Below, piece by piece: positions 23,021 through 36,700 of a stretch of 64,000 nucleotides of DNA. This DNA is from Heptranchias perlo. Lineage: Eukaryota. How positions within the stretch are numbered: the first letter of the stretch is position 1; every line of letters starts with the position of its first letter. The notes beneath the pieces are model-generated. The model searched no databases and was not told the origin of the DNA. It saw only the letters and a list, made by a program, of their open reading frames with translations. The stretch lies in assembly GCF_035084215.1 (NCBI RefSeq), contig NC_090337.1, positions 50,468,001-50,532,000 on the forward strand. Reading direction: 5' to 3'. Both the position numbers and the translations under genes were made by a program.

Positions 23021-24005
23021 ATCATAGGCTGTCATCATCATCCATCACTTGTGAGCATAGAGTTAGGACTTGATGCAGTACATCTTCATTCTCAAATATC
23101 TCCAGGGCCTTGCAGCACCTCACCTTTGTGATCTTTCCCAACCCCATATTCCAACATATTTTGTGTGTTTCCATCCACCATCCCTCCCATTTACCTTCAG
23201 TGGCAAAGCCATCAGTCACCACATCCATGCACTCTTGATTCTCTCCTTATACCTATTTGCCCTGCTACGTCTATGTCTTTCAAAGGTCTACCTCTTAAAC
23301 TACACTTGCTCAGGTTCTCCCCTACTTCCTGCTTGGTGTCCATCACTTCTATTGTAAAATGTCTTGGGAACTTTTATTAAGTGAAAGATACTATATAAGT
23401 GTAAGTTATTAGTATCAGGGCAAGGTCATGCAAGAAGGACACAAACTTGAAATCAATTTGAACCTATGGATAATTTTCAACAGTGTCTTTTAGCTTGTAA
23501 CTTAATTTATCAGGCCCGTGAATAGCTTCCCAGTGCCTCATTTCCTGCCCCCTTCCGACAGACACCAGAGATATGCTTTTGAGTTGGGAAACTCCCCCCT
23601 GACTCATACCCCCATGCTCAGCTGGAGTCAGTTTCCTGGCAGGTGCATCCCAGCACTTATGTCAACCCAGTGAATTTTTGGCCCGAAAGTCATGACCTGT
23701 AAACAACTATGCACATATATCTGCTTGTTGTCACCAGTGCTGTGCATTCCACCACACAGTATAAGTTGGGTAGATTTCAGAGCACAGTCAAAGCTGCTAC
23801 AGGACTGCATCTACTGGGAGCTCATTAGATGTGTGCATAAATGCACAAAACATTTTTTAAATGTTTGGGGAAAGCAGCGTCCAGTTTCTCTTGATATTAA
23901 AAAGAATCAATTTTAAAACATAAAGTTAGAATGTGGCCATCTTAGGAATGCCTAAGCATTTTTTACAACTCTGCTTGAGACCATTGAGTGCCAAACCAAA
24001 ATAAT

Positions 24006-24716
24006 GGCCCAGAATTTGCTGTCAAAATAACAGTGAGGCTAACGGCACTCGCCGTTATTTCTGCGCAGATGCACAGTTAAACATGGAAATTCTAAAGTTG
24101 CTGTCCGAGATGCGCCGCTCCGCAGTTAGCTTCATGAAAACAACATCTCGCTGTCTGCCTCACCATTGAAATGCTTTGAACGGTGTGAAGTTCCTGTATT
24201 TGCGCAATAGATATGAACGAAACTCACCAAAGAAAGTTAAGTCTTGTCATTAATAGTCCAAGTACTCTCTTAACAACATCATAAATGTTAATTTTTTACT
24301 ACCAGTCAACCTCTCTGGCACTGAAAATTTATTATTACAAGTGTGGAGTTTTAATTGTTGGAGATTTTTAAAAAATTAAATAACTTTTTTTTAACTTTTC
24401 CTTTCCGTCTCTTTTTCTCTCTATTAATCCAATCTTTCTTTCCCTCTTTATTTTTCTTTCTGTACCTGATTTGACATTGAATTCTAACTTACACTTCCTT
24501 CTCAGTCCTTGCGCTGTTAATTTCACAATCCTTCAATCTGATTGGTTAAGGAGTTGTTTGCCCTGTTCACTCAGGTCCCAGATTCCCGGATTCCCTCACG
24601 GCGACGTTTCCATCTCGCATTTCCAGCAACTTGCGGAGCCAAGGTATCGAGATTAAACGGGCAAGGGCAAGTCTAACAGCAGACGTTCATTGCCCTGCTG
24701 CAGCAAATTCTGGGCC
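24006..24716. mobile_element. MITE (Harbinger-type) with 16-bp perfect TIR and 3-bp TSD
   Basis: TIR GGCCCAGAATTTGCTG at both ends; AAT flanks both sides; second family member at 29637-30426. Confidence 0.85.
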
Positions 24717-25863
24717 AATGTAAGACAGCCTCCTAGAGGGGACATCACACTACCTGGCTTTCGGGATTCAGATCAGAATCTGACTCCTGAGTTAAACTGC
24801 CATTTCCTTGTCGATGCGCACTAGAGATGGCTTTGCATTGATGTGAAGGTGGGAAGGGTAACAGCAGCTTAAATGTAATGGTGTCTAATCTGTTGGTGAC
24901 TGCAGTGCTGTATCGCATTTGTGTCAGCGGTTAATTCTAAATATAATATTCATCTGGTCATTAGTGTAAAAATATGGGTTCACATCAGATGAGTGGTTCA
25001 ATCCAATTTATTAACAATAAACAGAATAAATGCAAGTCCTTCAAAAGCAGATTCCAAAGCTTTCTGTATATTGTTCAAATTTCCAATAGGGAGAAAACAA
25101 ATACAAGGGCCCAATTTAAGAATGTTGTCTCCAGTTGTTCACATTCTGTGACATTCTCCGCTTCCTGGTTCATATGGAGTCATTCATCTCAGCATCTCCC
25201 TGTCCTAACTTGGCTAAAACACAGCCATGAACCTACCAAACTTTTCTAATCTTATTTACAGAAATTACAAGCAAGAGATTCATCCATTTCATTCTATCTT
25301 AACAGAAATAAAGGAGAAATAAAGTAAAAGCTTAACTTTAAGAAAAAAATATAATGTGCAAGTTAATTTCTTGCATGCAGAAATGATTCTATAATAGCAC
25401 TGGAATTCTTTACCATTAGTTGGTCTTCACTTTTGATTCTTTTTCTGTATTCAAATTCCAGCTTTAATAAAAAGGCATAGTAGACAAACTACGCACAAAT
25501 CTGAACAGCTTGTGTATTAATCAACCTCACATAATTGGCATTACTATAAATTTATTTCATGGTTGGTTCTTGTCACTGGTTGTGTTACAAAGGACATTCT
25601 AAGATTTTGTCTTAAAGTACATTTAAGAAAAAGTATCTAGAAAGCAGCATGAACCATTGTGTGGAAGGTATATAAGTGCTATGAGAATATTGAACCAAAA
25701 CTTCACCAGTTGCTTGTTTCTTATAAAACAAGGACATTTGAAATGATTAATACGTTCCTTTTGAAAGTAGTCCTTGATGAACTACAATGCCTTGATATCA
25801 CTGTCCCAAAGAAATCACTTTGTAACACATTAAGAGTTGCACTTCTGCAGAACATTTGAACGG

Positions 25864-26923
25864 ATATTATTAAAGGACTTAAAGTGGGTTGGTATCAGTA
25901 GATATGTTACATCAACACTTTAACAAGTGGGTACAACCATACCTGATCTTAAACTGAAATTTAACCGTCACCATGCACAGCACAACCTCAACATTTTATT
26001 CCCACTCCAAGCCTAGGGGTTCTATCACACGGGGGTTCCAGAAAATGGACATTTAAATGTCTAGTTCTGATTCTTCGGATCTTGGCTGCTTCCAACACCT
26101 TGGGTATGAATATCAGTTCTGTGCTTCAAAGAGTACATGTTCTCATTTGCACTCATTGCAGGAGTTTTAGGGTTCAATTTTGAAATGGTGGCAAGTTGGC
26201 AAGGGGGTGAAGGTGCATGTGACAAACCCGAATAAATAAAACTCACCGTTTCCGACGCAATCGCGACGTAATTGATGGTGATTAAAGTTCTTTCTGGGTT
26301 TCGCGCCCGGCAGCCAGCCTGATTGACAGGCCGGCTGCCGACAGGAGCTGCAACACAAGGGGTGGGGGGGAGAGAAAGAGAGAGATGGAGACGTCATCCG
26401 GTGCTGGAACTGAAGATCAAGGGGGGTGGGGGGGGCACAGAGTGGAAGATCGGTGGGGGAGAGTGGAAGATCGGGGGTGAGAGTGGAAGATCAGGGGTGA
26501 GAGGGGGAGATTGGGGGGACATGGGGGGGGGAGGAAGAGGAGATTGGGGGGACATCGGGGGGCTGAAGAGGAGGAGATCGGAGAGGGAGACATCGGATAT
26601 CAGAGCAGGGTGGAAAGGTAGGTTGATTTTGTGTTTTAACTTTGTGCAATGGTTTTTTATTTAATTTATTTTGTTTCTTTTTGCCTGATCCGGCCCCTCA
26701 CGCCTGGTTTCACTAAACAAAAACTAGACATTTAAATGTCCATTTTCTGGAACCCCCGTGTGATAGAACCCCTAGGCTTGGAGTGGGAATAAAATGTTGA
26801 GGTTGTGCTGTGCATGGTGACGGTTATATTTCAGTTTAAGATAAGGTATGGTTGTACCCACTTGTTAAATGTTGATGTAACATATCTACTGATACCAACC
26901 CACTTTAAGTCCTTTAATAATAT
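25864..26923. repeat. Long inverted repeat: arms 25864-26066 and 26722-26923
   Basis: Arms are reverse complements with about 3 differences over about 203 bp; 655-nt spacer. Confidence 0.92.
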
Positions 26924-27159
26924 GTCACAAGTAAAGTGCCTTAAGTATCTCAATGAGGTACATTTGGTTCTTTAACTATCATCCCACCGACTTTCATTGC
27001 CGGCGGGACTTCCCGATTCAGGACGCCCGCGTGCACACAGCTGCGTCTGTGGGGAATTCAGAAGTCGGCGGGTTGGACCCAGCTTCTGAACTCGCTCTGC
27101 ATTTCTGCAATTTTCGTAGCCCCCCACCTGCCCACAATTTATGTTTAAAATCGAGTCCT
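26169..27159. mobile_element. Harbinger-type MITE carrying the right arm of the inverted repeat
   Basis: Termini gggttcaatttt ... aaaatcgagtcc. Confidence 0.6.
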
Positions 27160-27427
27160 TAGTGTCTGCTCCTGAAACACTTGGATGGTTCTCAAAATCA
27201 TTGCAACAATCTGTACCAGAGAGCACCTAAAGGGATAAAGGCAACAAAGAACATTCATAAGTGTTTCTTTCATTTAAGTTCAATTTACAGGTAAAACATT
27301 TCAATACCGACAAAGAATCAAGTGAGCTGGCTCACACTCTGTGGCATGCTCAGCTTCTGCTTCATAGCGAAACTGCAAACCAAAATCTAGAATTACTCTT
27401 GTTGATATTATAGAATGGGCAGTCATT

Positions 27428-28178
27428 GTGGGGTAATTTTCAGTTCCGGAGTGGGGGGTAAAATGGGCGGTAGTGGATCGGCCGGCTGTTATATGTTCTC
27501 CCAATTTTCCTTTCTATTGAAGTTAATGGAAAGCAAAATTGGACAGAGTGTGTAACGAGCGGCATATCCATTACCATCCATATTGTGCCCATGCTGAAAA
27601 CAAAAATTCTCCCCGTTGGGGTAGATTTAACTGTTGGGCATCTAACTGGCAGAGTGTACTGGCTGCCCAACACAAACGAGCGTCCTGAAGCAGCTCACAT
27701 CGGATTAAGGCGGCACAATTTCGGCTGTTCCAGAGGCCAACCAGCAAGGTAAATCCTGGGGTGGGGGTTGCGATCACAGAGAGCCCGGGGCAGCAGCAGC
27801 ACAGATTATTTTTGTGGGGTCTGGAGGAACACTCCGGCTACACCTGGCTCCACAGAAATAATTTTAAATGTACCTTTTTGGGGCCTCTTCAGACGTATCA
27901 CCAGCAAAACTGGTCGGAGAGAGCACGGTGCATGCTCCAACCGGTTCTGTCCTGAAATGGCAACTGGGGTCCTATGTACCTCACAGGACTCTGATTTGCA
28001 TATTAAAAGGGACCTAACTCCCTGAAACAGACGGTCACTTTGTCCGGCCAGTGGTAGCCCCTGTAAAAATGGTAGCAGCCAGAGTATTGGCGTTAATGGG
28101 GTGGTAAGTCTACATACCCCAGTTTGAGGCTATCACGACCCCATTAACGCCGATTTTGCTGAGTTAAAATTGACCCTA
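27428..28178. mobile_element. Two adjacent short MITE-like elements
   Basis: ggggtaatttt...aaaattctcccc (27428-27614) and ggggtagattt...aaaattgaccc (27618-28176). Confidence 0.45.
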
Positions 28179-29636
28179 CTGTGTTCTATCCTCTATTTTA
28201 ACACAGGGCTTAACACCTTCACTACAGAGGAACATCATACATGTATGTTAAGGTTTGTCCACTGATATCACCAATAGTAATTTATAGGTTTAAGAACCAA
28301 TTGGCATGGTTTAAAGCAATTGTTCTCCTAATAAGTAGGTACAGTAACATATAAGAGCTTATTAACTATAATGTAGAACTATTTTAAGTAGGGGACCCAG
28401 AGTTAAATCCCTGTCTTGAGTGTAATTCAAGTATATTTATCATTGGTTGTGGGGGGGAGGGGGGGGGGAATGTTGCTTGCTCTCAGCTAATTCATGTGAT
28501 GAAACATAACATGGCTGCAGGGTATTCTATTTCATGGTTGAGGTGATGAGAAAAGTGCCCTGCTCCTGCCTGGGCCTAGCACTGGTGGGCTCAGGCCTGC
28601 AGCTGTGTGTCTGGCTTCAGTGTTCAGCAGCCAGAAGGTCCTGATTCTATCTGACAATCCTGAGGGTAAGCTGCCAATCTGAAACATGGCCCTACCTGAA
28701 AGTCTTTGGCCTGTCTCAGGACCCGTGTGGAGCCTCTCTAGTCAGCAGGAGTCAGGGGCTCGCCGCAGCAATATGTTCTTTGGGTGCCACTACCCTGGGG
28801 CACCAAGCCTGTGCTTGGCGTTAAGTGAGGAATGGTCCCTGCACCTACTGCAGATGCAGGCCAAACTCCCTCACCAGGAAAACCCCAGGTCAATGTAAAA
28901 TGGGCAGAGACTCAGCAAACTGGATCTCTACACCTTTTTTCTGACCTTTGTGTCCTTCTATCTCTTCCTCTCAGCTTAATGTGCATTCTGAAGTTCATAG
29001 AACGTAAAACAATAGCTACAACAGGTGTTCCAGAGTGGGAAGCCTAGGCTTGGCCATCAATGGTGGGGCAAAGGGATGCATAAGAGGCCAGAATTAGGAG
29101 GAATGAAAAGTTCTGGGCAGGTTGTAGGGCTTAAGGAAGTTACAGAGATGGAGAGAATTCAGGGTCAGAAGCTCAGCTCAGGGTCAAATAGGACATCAAG
29201 GTTGGTAACAGTCTGGTTCAACCTGAGATTGTGGCCGGGAAGGGGAATGGAATCAATAGACAAGGTATGGAGTTTGTTGCAGGGGCCGAAGACAGTAATA
29301 TGATTAAATTTTTATCTATTTCATTTTCTTTTCTGTTTTTCGATGCCTTCATTTACATTTATGCTTAAATGCCTCAGCCTCTCTCAAAAGAATGGGCTTC
29401 AACTGGATATTTTTATTTCACAACAAATAAGGGAGAACTTTCAAACACACTTGTGCATTCTGAGCATTTGCAGGTTGCAGATGTTTACTGGATTGCAATC
29501 TGTGCATCAACAGGAGTTGGAAGGGTGTCCCTATCCTGTGAGAATTTGACAGTTCCTTTGTTTTTCTGCAGGGAATCTGAGACTGAATTCTCAAAGCTTT
29601 TATTTCAGGAAAGGAATGAATTTATATAAACATATT

Positions 29637-30426
29637 GGCCCAGATTTTGTTATCAAAATAACAGTGAGGGTAATGACGTTCGCCAATATTTATGCGCAAA
29701 TGGTACAGCGACTTCAGGCAGGGACAGATGCGTGGTTATACTCAAATATCCAAAAATTGCTGTCCAAGTTGCGCCAATCCGCTGTTAGCTTTGCGAAAAC
29801 GGCATCTCGCTGTCTGCCTCACCATTGAAATGCATTGAATGGCGTGACGTTACCGTATTTGTGCAGTAGATTCGAACCAAACTCACCACAGAAAGTTAAG
29901 TCAGATCATTTCAAGTCTAAGTACCCTTTTAATGACATGATAAGTGTTAATTACTGCCAATCAAGCTCTCTGGCATTGAAAATTAACTGTTACAAGTGTG
30001 GGGTCTCAGTCCTTCAGATTTTATTTGTTGGAGATTTAAAAAATGTAAAATTTTAAATTTAAATTTTTTTTTACTTTTCCTTTCTGTCTCTTTTCTTTCC
30101 CTCTCTCTCTTAATCCAATCTTTCTTTCCCTCTCTTTATTTCTCTTTCTGTACCTGATTTGACATTGAATTCACCCACTCTAATTTACACTTCCTTCTCA
30201 GTCCTTGTGCTGTTAATTTCACAATTCTTCGATCTGATTAAGGAGATACACAGTTGCTTGCCCTGTTCACTCAGGTCCCAGATGACCCGTTTCCCTCGCT
30301 GTGAAGTTATCAGTTTGCACTGTTAGCAATATACCACGCAAAAAAATTGAAAAACCTAAATGTGCAAGGGCAAGTCTAACTAACAGCAGAAGCCATTAGA
30401 TGCCCTGCTACAGCAAATTATGGCCC
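29637..30426. mobile_element. MITE, same family as 24006-24716
   Basis: ggcccagatttt ... aaattatggccc termini; colinear internal homology. Confidence 0.8.
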
Positions 30427-30716
30427 AATGATTTCCTGTTATGAACTCCCACCAGGAAAACCATGATAGCACTTGGCAACACTGTGATCATTTGAGAAGC
30501 AGCAGTGGAAACAGTAACAGCTGTTACTGTAGCTTCTTTTTGCTGGTTCGAGAAGAAAATAGATAGTTTACAGAGAATGGATTCTTTGTTAGTCAATTAT
30601 CAATTTTTTAATTGTTATATATTTAATTTAAAAAATCTTGAACAATTTTTGTGTCTTAAAGATTTTTTTATCTATGAAAAACTTGAAAACTGCATAAGCA
30701 ATTAACTTTGAGCATT

Positions 30717-33700
30717 TTATGAGGCTAATACTCTATTTTTCTCTGTAAGTTGGTTTGTGTTCTGTGATACCTTGCTATGAGAGTTTTCTTCTCCTTCCAC
30801 AGCTGTTTTTAGTTGAGGACATCCTAGAAAATAAAATGTTCCAACAATTACCACTTTCTGGCCAACAAGCATGTCCTGTTTCCCAAACGTAGATCAGTAC
30901 AACACTTTAAAAAATAAAGACAGCACCTCCCAAACCCACGACCTCTACCACCTAGAAGGACAAGGGCAGCAGGCACATGGCAACAACACCACCTGCACGT
31001 TCCCCTCCAAGTCACACACCATCCTGACTTGGAAATATATCGCCGTTCCTTCATCGTCATTGGGTCAAAATCCTGGAACTCCCTACCTAACAGCACTGTG
31101 GGAGAACCTTCACCACACGGACTGCAGCGGTTCAAGAAGGCGGCTCACCACCACCTTCTCAAGGGCAATTAGGGATGGGCAATAAATGCTGGCCTTGCCA
31201 GCGACGCCCACATCCCATGAACCAATAAAAAAAATTTTTGTTTTGTTTCTCTCAATTATTCATAATCTACTGTATGCCCTTCCAACAATCTTTTTCTATA
31301 CAGTGGAATTATGGCTGGCAAACATATAGTGATTAAAAATACAAGTCAAGGCGGCTTAGATTTATTTAACAAGCCCTATCATGCATCACAGTTTAGAGTC
31401 ACTTCTTGAACTGTTAGTATGTCAAACATTATTTCCATTTGCCGCATGTTTTGATTAGAGGTTACTAAGTTCAATTGTGTTATAAGCACTGCAATATTGA
31501 GGCAGCAATACAATGGAAAGGGACATAATTACACAAAATGGAACTGGTGTCAAATTATTATACATCCACAGCAGTAATTGCAGAGAGTTGGGAATAAGTC
31601 ATCTGAATGACATGTTGATTGTGAAAGGCGTGCAGTGTAGGGTCCATTCTGTGGTAGAGAACTCATATGGTGCTTCAAAATGGAGATGGGAAAGCAAGGA
31701 AAGTTTTGATGCTACAAAATACATGCTAATATAAACTTTAGCTCATAAGTACAATGCATGGAAGCATTTTGTAAAATAATCATTTGCTGAAATAAAACAA
31801 TTACTAGTTGAATTCTACAAATCGCCATACCTGGTGTGTTGTTTGTATCTTTCCTTCTGTACATAATCAGGTAGGCTGTTTTGGAACTGCAAATATTAAA
31901 CAATTTACTTTTTTAAAAAAAGATACAACAGAAAGAAACGTGTCTTGTGTCTTGTACCAATATGTATGACTTTACATTGCCCACATTAAATTCTCCAATT
32001 TCCCATTCCTTGGCCCATCTACCTAATTTGTCTAAGTCGATTTAAATATTTTAAAATCTCTCCTACACTAAACACCTGACCACATCATGACAATAACTGC
32101 CCAATATATCTAATGCGCAAAACTATAAGTTATTTTAGTAATTTATTTCAAATATCTCTCAAAAGTCACTTGTAACAATACTTTTGTCAATTCAAAAATA
32201 TGCTAGCAGTACAGATCAAGTATGAAATGAATTTGATCTTTTACCTCACAGAGACTTGCTTTATCTTCTTCAAGGACAACCATGATAAGTAGACATTCAC
32301 AGAAGTCATGCAAAGAGGGAACAAAAACAAAAAATTAACTAACTCTCATGATGAAGTCGTATGACAGGAGTTCAAGAATTGGATTCATCAACACAATTAC
32401 TGAAGTACTTATAATTGAAAAATAATCAATAGTAGATTTCGGGGGCTAAAGGGGATCTCCTTCATTGACCTAACTCTGCTGAGAGCCCCAACCCACCGTC
32501 TCTCCCTCTGGCAGCTCACATGCTCAACCTAAACTACTTAAAGCAGACACATTAGTCATTCTGGATATGGAGGTGATGAACATATCAAACCATTGAAGTT
32601 AAAATGTTATTCTTATTTTTAAAAAACTGACATGGGAGTGTGGACACTATAATGGGTTAGATACTAGCCTTTCACCTCTGAAACCAAAGTTCAAATCTAG
32701 CCCACATTGATCAGATGAAAAATCTCCTCTGTCTGCTGGTTGTAAGGGTCCTATGTGAAATGAGTTTGGGTAGTCTTAATCCAGTTAATAGCAATAGGCC
32801 TACAGTACAAAACTGTCCCTAATTTGGAACTAATTGGCAATCTCACTCACAGAGGCCACAGAATGGCTGGCATCATACTGCTGATGCAATACAGGTTGCT
32901 TTTCTGAGGTTCGGGCTGAGACATGTTGAGGCAGAGAAAACGTTGCTTTACTCTGCATCTGGTTGTGCTTTACCTGGCCTGGCAGTGCTTGATTCTGACA
33001 CTGGGTGCATAAACTCCTTTATCTTTATGAGCAAAATTTTTTGTTAAAAACTGACATAAATAAAATATTAATGCATTGAAATGAATGAACTTATAGCTAA
33101 CAAGTCAGCCAAAGTTCATTCATTTCAGTGCATATTTTGCTTTTTTCATTAATATTTCAAAAAACGAATACTTCCATTGCCCATGTATGTCCATCCTCCT
33201 CATACCAAGAATGGCTGAATTGACAAATGTAAGTTTGTTCATTTGGGTGTGTGAGATGTCAGAAGGAGTTGCGCTAAGCTGGGGCTGCTAGCAGAGTTGG
33301 GTAAGGCTAGAGCTGCCAATAAGAGTTGGATTAGGTTAGGGCTGGTAGGTGGAGCTGGAGATGGGTTGGGGCACAATATACTTTAGTCAAGTGATCTAAC
33401 AGGAGCTTTATACCCTGGCCTGTAAAACAGACTTCATAAAAATTTTGGTGGCCATTTCTCTTAAACATTGTGCACTCCATAGCTGAATAAGCAAAATATT
33501 TGCTATTTATGCCAGTTAAATGCCATCTAGTCATGGTCCTTAAAGGAACTGCTGCAGGTCAATCAGGAAATGTCCCAGGAAAGTTAAAAAAAAGTGTTGG
33601 TAGGCCCACAAGGAGCAAAAACTCTGGGCCACTATTTGGCCATCCGTGGGCCTAGGATTGCCTCCCCCTCCTCAGGCACCGATTATTGGATGGCTGTGTG

Positions 33701-36700
33701 TGGCAGCCAACCGATTTCTCATCCTCCAAATCAGCGAGCTGAAGCAGAGCATCCATTTGCCACTCGCAGTTCACCAGTGCAATGTGAAAGTGGCCCAGGG
33801 CTCAAAATGGCTCGGGCCTCAAACCAGCAAGAACTGGCCAGCGGTAGTTAAAATTAGCCCTACTATTCTACTATAATTAATCACCTTATGTCATCAAATC
33901 ATTTACTTTTATTCAGCTGATCGTCCTCCTCCATTTTTGAAGTAACTTTCTTCCTTATGTTCCAGCACACATTATCCCTAACTGAGAAGACAGACATTCT
34001 CCTAATAGATGCTGTACAATAGCATTAGGTGATGTGCTGCCTGATTCCCCTCCTCTCTTTCCTGGAGGTGATAAACTTCCTATCCATAATGCCTTGGAAA
34101 CATTTTTATTCTACAGATCGCATAGTTACCTTAACAGTTGTGTCGTTGAAATAGTACCAATTACCATCAGCGACTGATTTGATTTCAGCATAATAGTGGC
34201 CACTCCCATACACTCCACTGTGATGCCATATTGCAAACAGCTCGTATTTTTTCTCCTAAACATAAGAGAGAAATGAAAAAGCAAGATGTGATTTCTTTCC
34301 TCTTGTGACGTGAATTTTCCTATATACAAATTCAACTTTTCTTTGCATTGACTGATCATGTACATGTATTTGCACCTTTTAATAGTACCATGACATAACT
34401 GAGGTATTTTTAATGTTGTTGAGAGGACAATTCATTTGGCAGTGCATTCCTGCCATGCAAATGACCCCATCCCCACAATACGGGAGTTGCCAACATCTGT
34501 AAGGTGGAGTGTCCCAGAGCTGTGAGAGATGGGTGAGTCATTTAAGAAGGATACTCCAGTGTTCTGATGAAGGGTACACAACCAAAACATATCTTTTCTC
34601 TCTACAGATGCTGATTGACCTGCTGTGTATTTCCAGCATTTTCTGTTTTGACTTCAGCATTTGCAATTTTTCCTTTTTATTTTATCCAAGTACAAGGCTA
34701 TGTAATTGTCTTATCCTTACAGTTATTTTCCTAAATTAAAAGAATAAACTCTTTATGCTTTTAAAATCAGCAAAATTCTCAACTGTGTCCAGACTCTCAG
34801 TCAGAGATGCCATGTTTCAGAAAGAAAGAAAGAAAGAACTTGCATTTATATAGCACTCTTTAACTACCTCGGGGTGTATCCAAGAGCTTTACTAGTACTT
34901 TTGAAGTGTTAGCACTGTTGTAATGTGGGGAAACTTGGCAGCTAATTTTTGCCCAGCACGTTCCCACAAACAGCAGTAAAATAAATGACCATATCATCTG
35001 TTTTAGGGGTTGGCCAGGACACCAAAAGAATTGCCCTGCTCTTCTTTGAATAGTGCCATGGGATCCTTTAAATTTATCTGAGAGAGCAGACAGGGCCTCG
35101 GTTTAATGTCTCATCTGAAAGATATCACCTCCAACAGTGCAGCACTCCTTCAGTGGATTATCTGCTCAAGTCTCTGGCGTGGGACTTGAATCCACAATGT
35201 TCCGACTCAGAGGCGAATGTGCTACTAAGTGAACCAAGGCTGATACGTAACTGAGCCAAGGCTGACACCAAATCTAATGTTCAGATTTCAAAGAGCCTGG
35301 GTGCCTAGCATTGGGGTTGTAATGAATAGCCAAATGATCTCAGTCCATTCTGCTGCTTAGTAATTTAGATGGAGCAAAAACATAAAAAATGTACTTTCCA
35401 GGTTCAATCCACAGTTTGTTAGGTGATCTCAGTCAAGACAGCAATATGGGTGCTGGCTAAGGAAAGTAAAAAAAAATCAATCAGAGATCCTGTTCCTGTC
35501 AGCTTTCAATGACTCCTACTGGAAACCGTGTTGTATGGACATTGAATGACAATATCGGGTGAGGACAAGATCAGACTTGGCCAATGTGATGCCCACCATG
35601 GTGCAACAGACTACCAGGCTTCAGTGTCTAAGAATAACTACTTGGCTGAATTACTGGAGAGTTACCAGTACCTCTGGAATAGTTCCCAATATGAGTCTCT
35701 GCCTTTAGGAGAAAAGGGAAAAAACTCAAGAAAAAAACAGCTCAAACTAAGAATTTGAAGTTATCCCAAAATACGAATTTCTTTAAGTCATATCAGCTTT
35801 TAAAAAAACAGAACAAAATAGTGTCTCCATATTAAAAGCTAATTTTCTGCAGCTCTTCATAACATGTATTAGGAGAGTGCCAATTACAGCAAGATTATAT
35901 ATATTTGTGATACGGTCATTTAAGGTGACAGTTTCCACTTCGGTGCTTTGGTCACACACTGGGAGTACTTAGCAGGGAACTGCACACCCACAGCCCATCA
36001 TTTTCCAACTGTTCACTTTAATGGACAGAAAATCACAGATTGGGGTAAAGCAATTTCCAGATATGGGGGGTAAGATTAACTTTTGGCTGTAGTGTAAAAC
36101 GTACAATATCGGCCCGGCCACCCGTTAAACGTTGCTTCTGATTTTCGTTTCCAGAAAATTAGCAGAGGTGTTTAATGGTGGCGGGGGGGCGGTTATCGCA
36201 TGTTTTACACTATTGCTCAAAGTCAAAATTACCCCCATGTGCTCTTAGTGTGCACTGGAAGGGCTGAAATGGAAAAACTCCCCTTTAGTTCCAGCTTTTA
36301 CTGTACATTACACCGTGCCCATTCTTTTTCTCAATGCATCCCCAGAGAGGATCGCTTACCTTTAAAAAGATGCTCATTCACTCCATTGGGAGCGTTTTTA
36401 AAAATAACTGACCTTATATCTTCAGTCCAAGGCCTTGTTCTCTCCCAACTAACACTGGCACAACAGGCCAGGCAACTCTGCTGCGCTTCAACAAGTTTGG
36501 ATCATCCGCTCCGACTGTAGAACTGACCCTGTCCCCATAATTTGGAATAGGGTCAACATCATCAGCCGTCATTGGCAGGGAGTTCCGCTCTACCGCACAT
36601 CTGCTGATTGAGCAGGGATCCCAGAATTTTGGGGACTAAGAGTTTATTTATTTGATATCTGTTGGACTTGGTGATATCACTTCTATAGTGAAATTCTATA

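Noticed and set aside
29380-29620. Open minus-strand stretch as a further USP terminal exon
   Set aside because: No clear acceptor or motif, and an upstream exon already supplies a stop at 30717; cannot be excluded without RNA data
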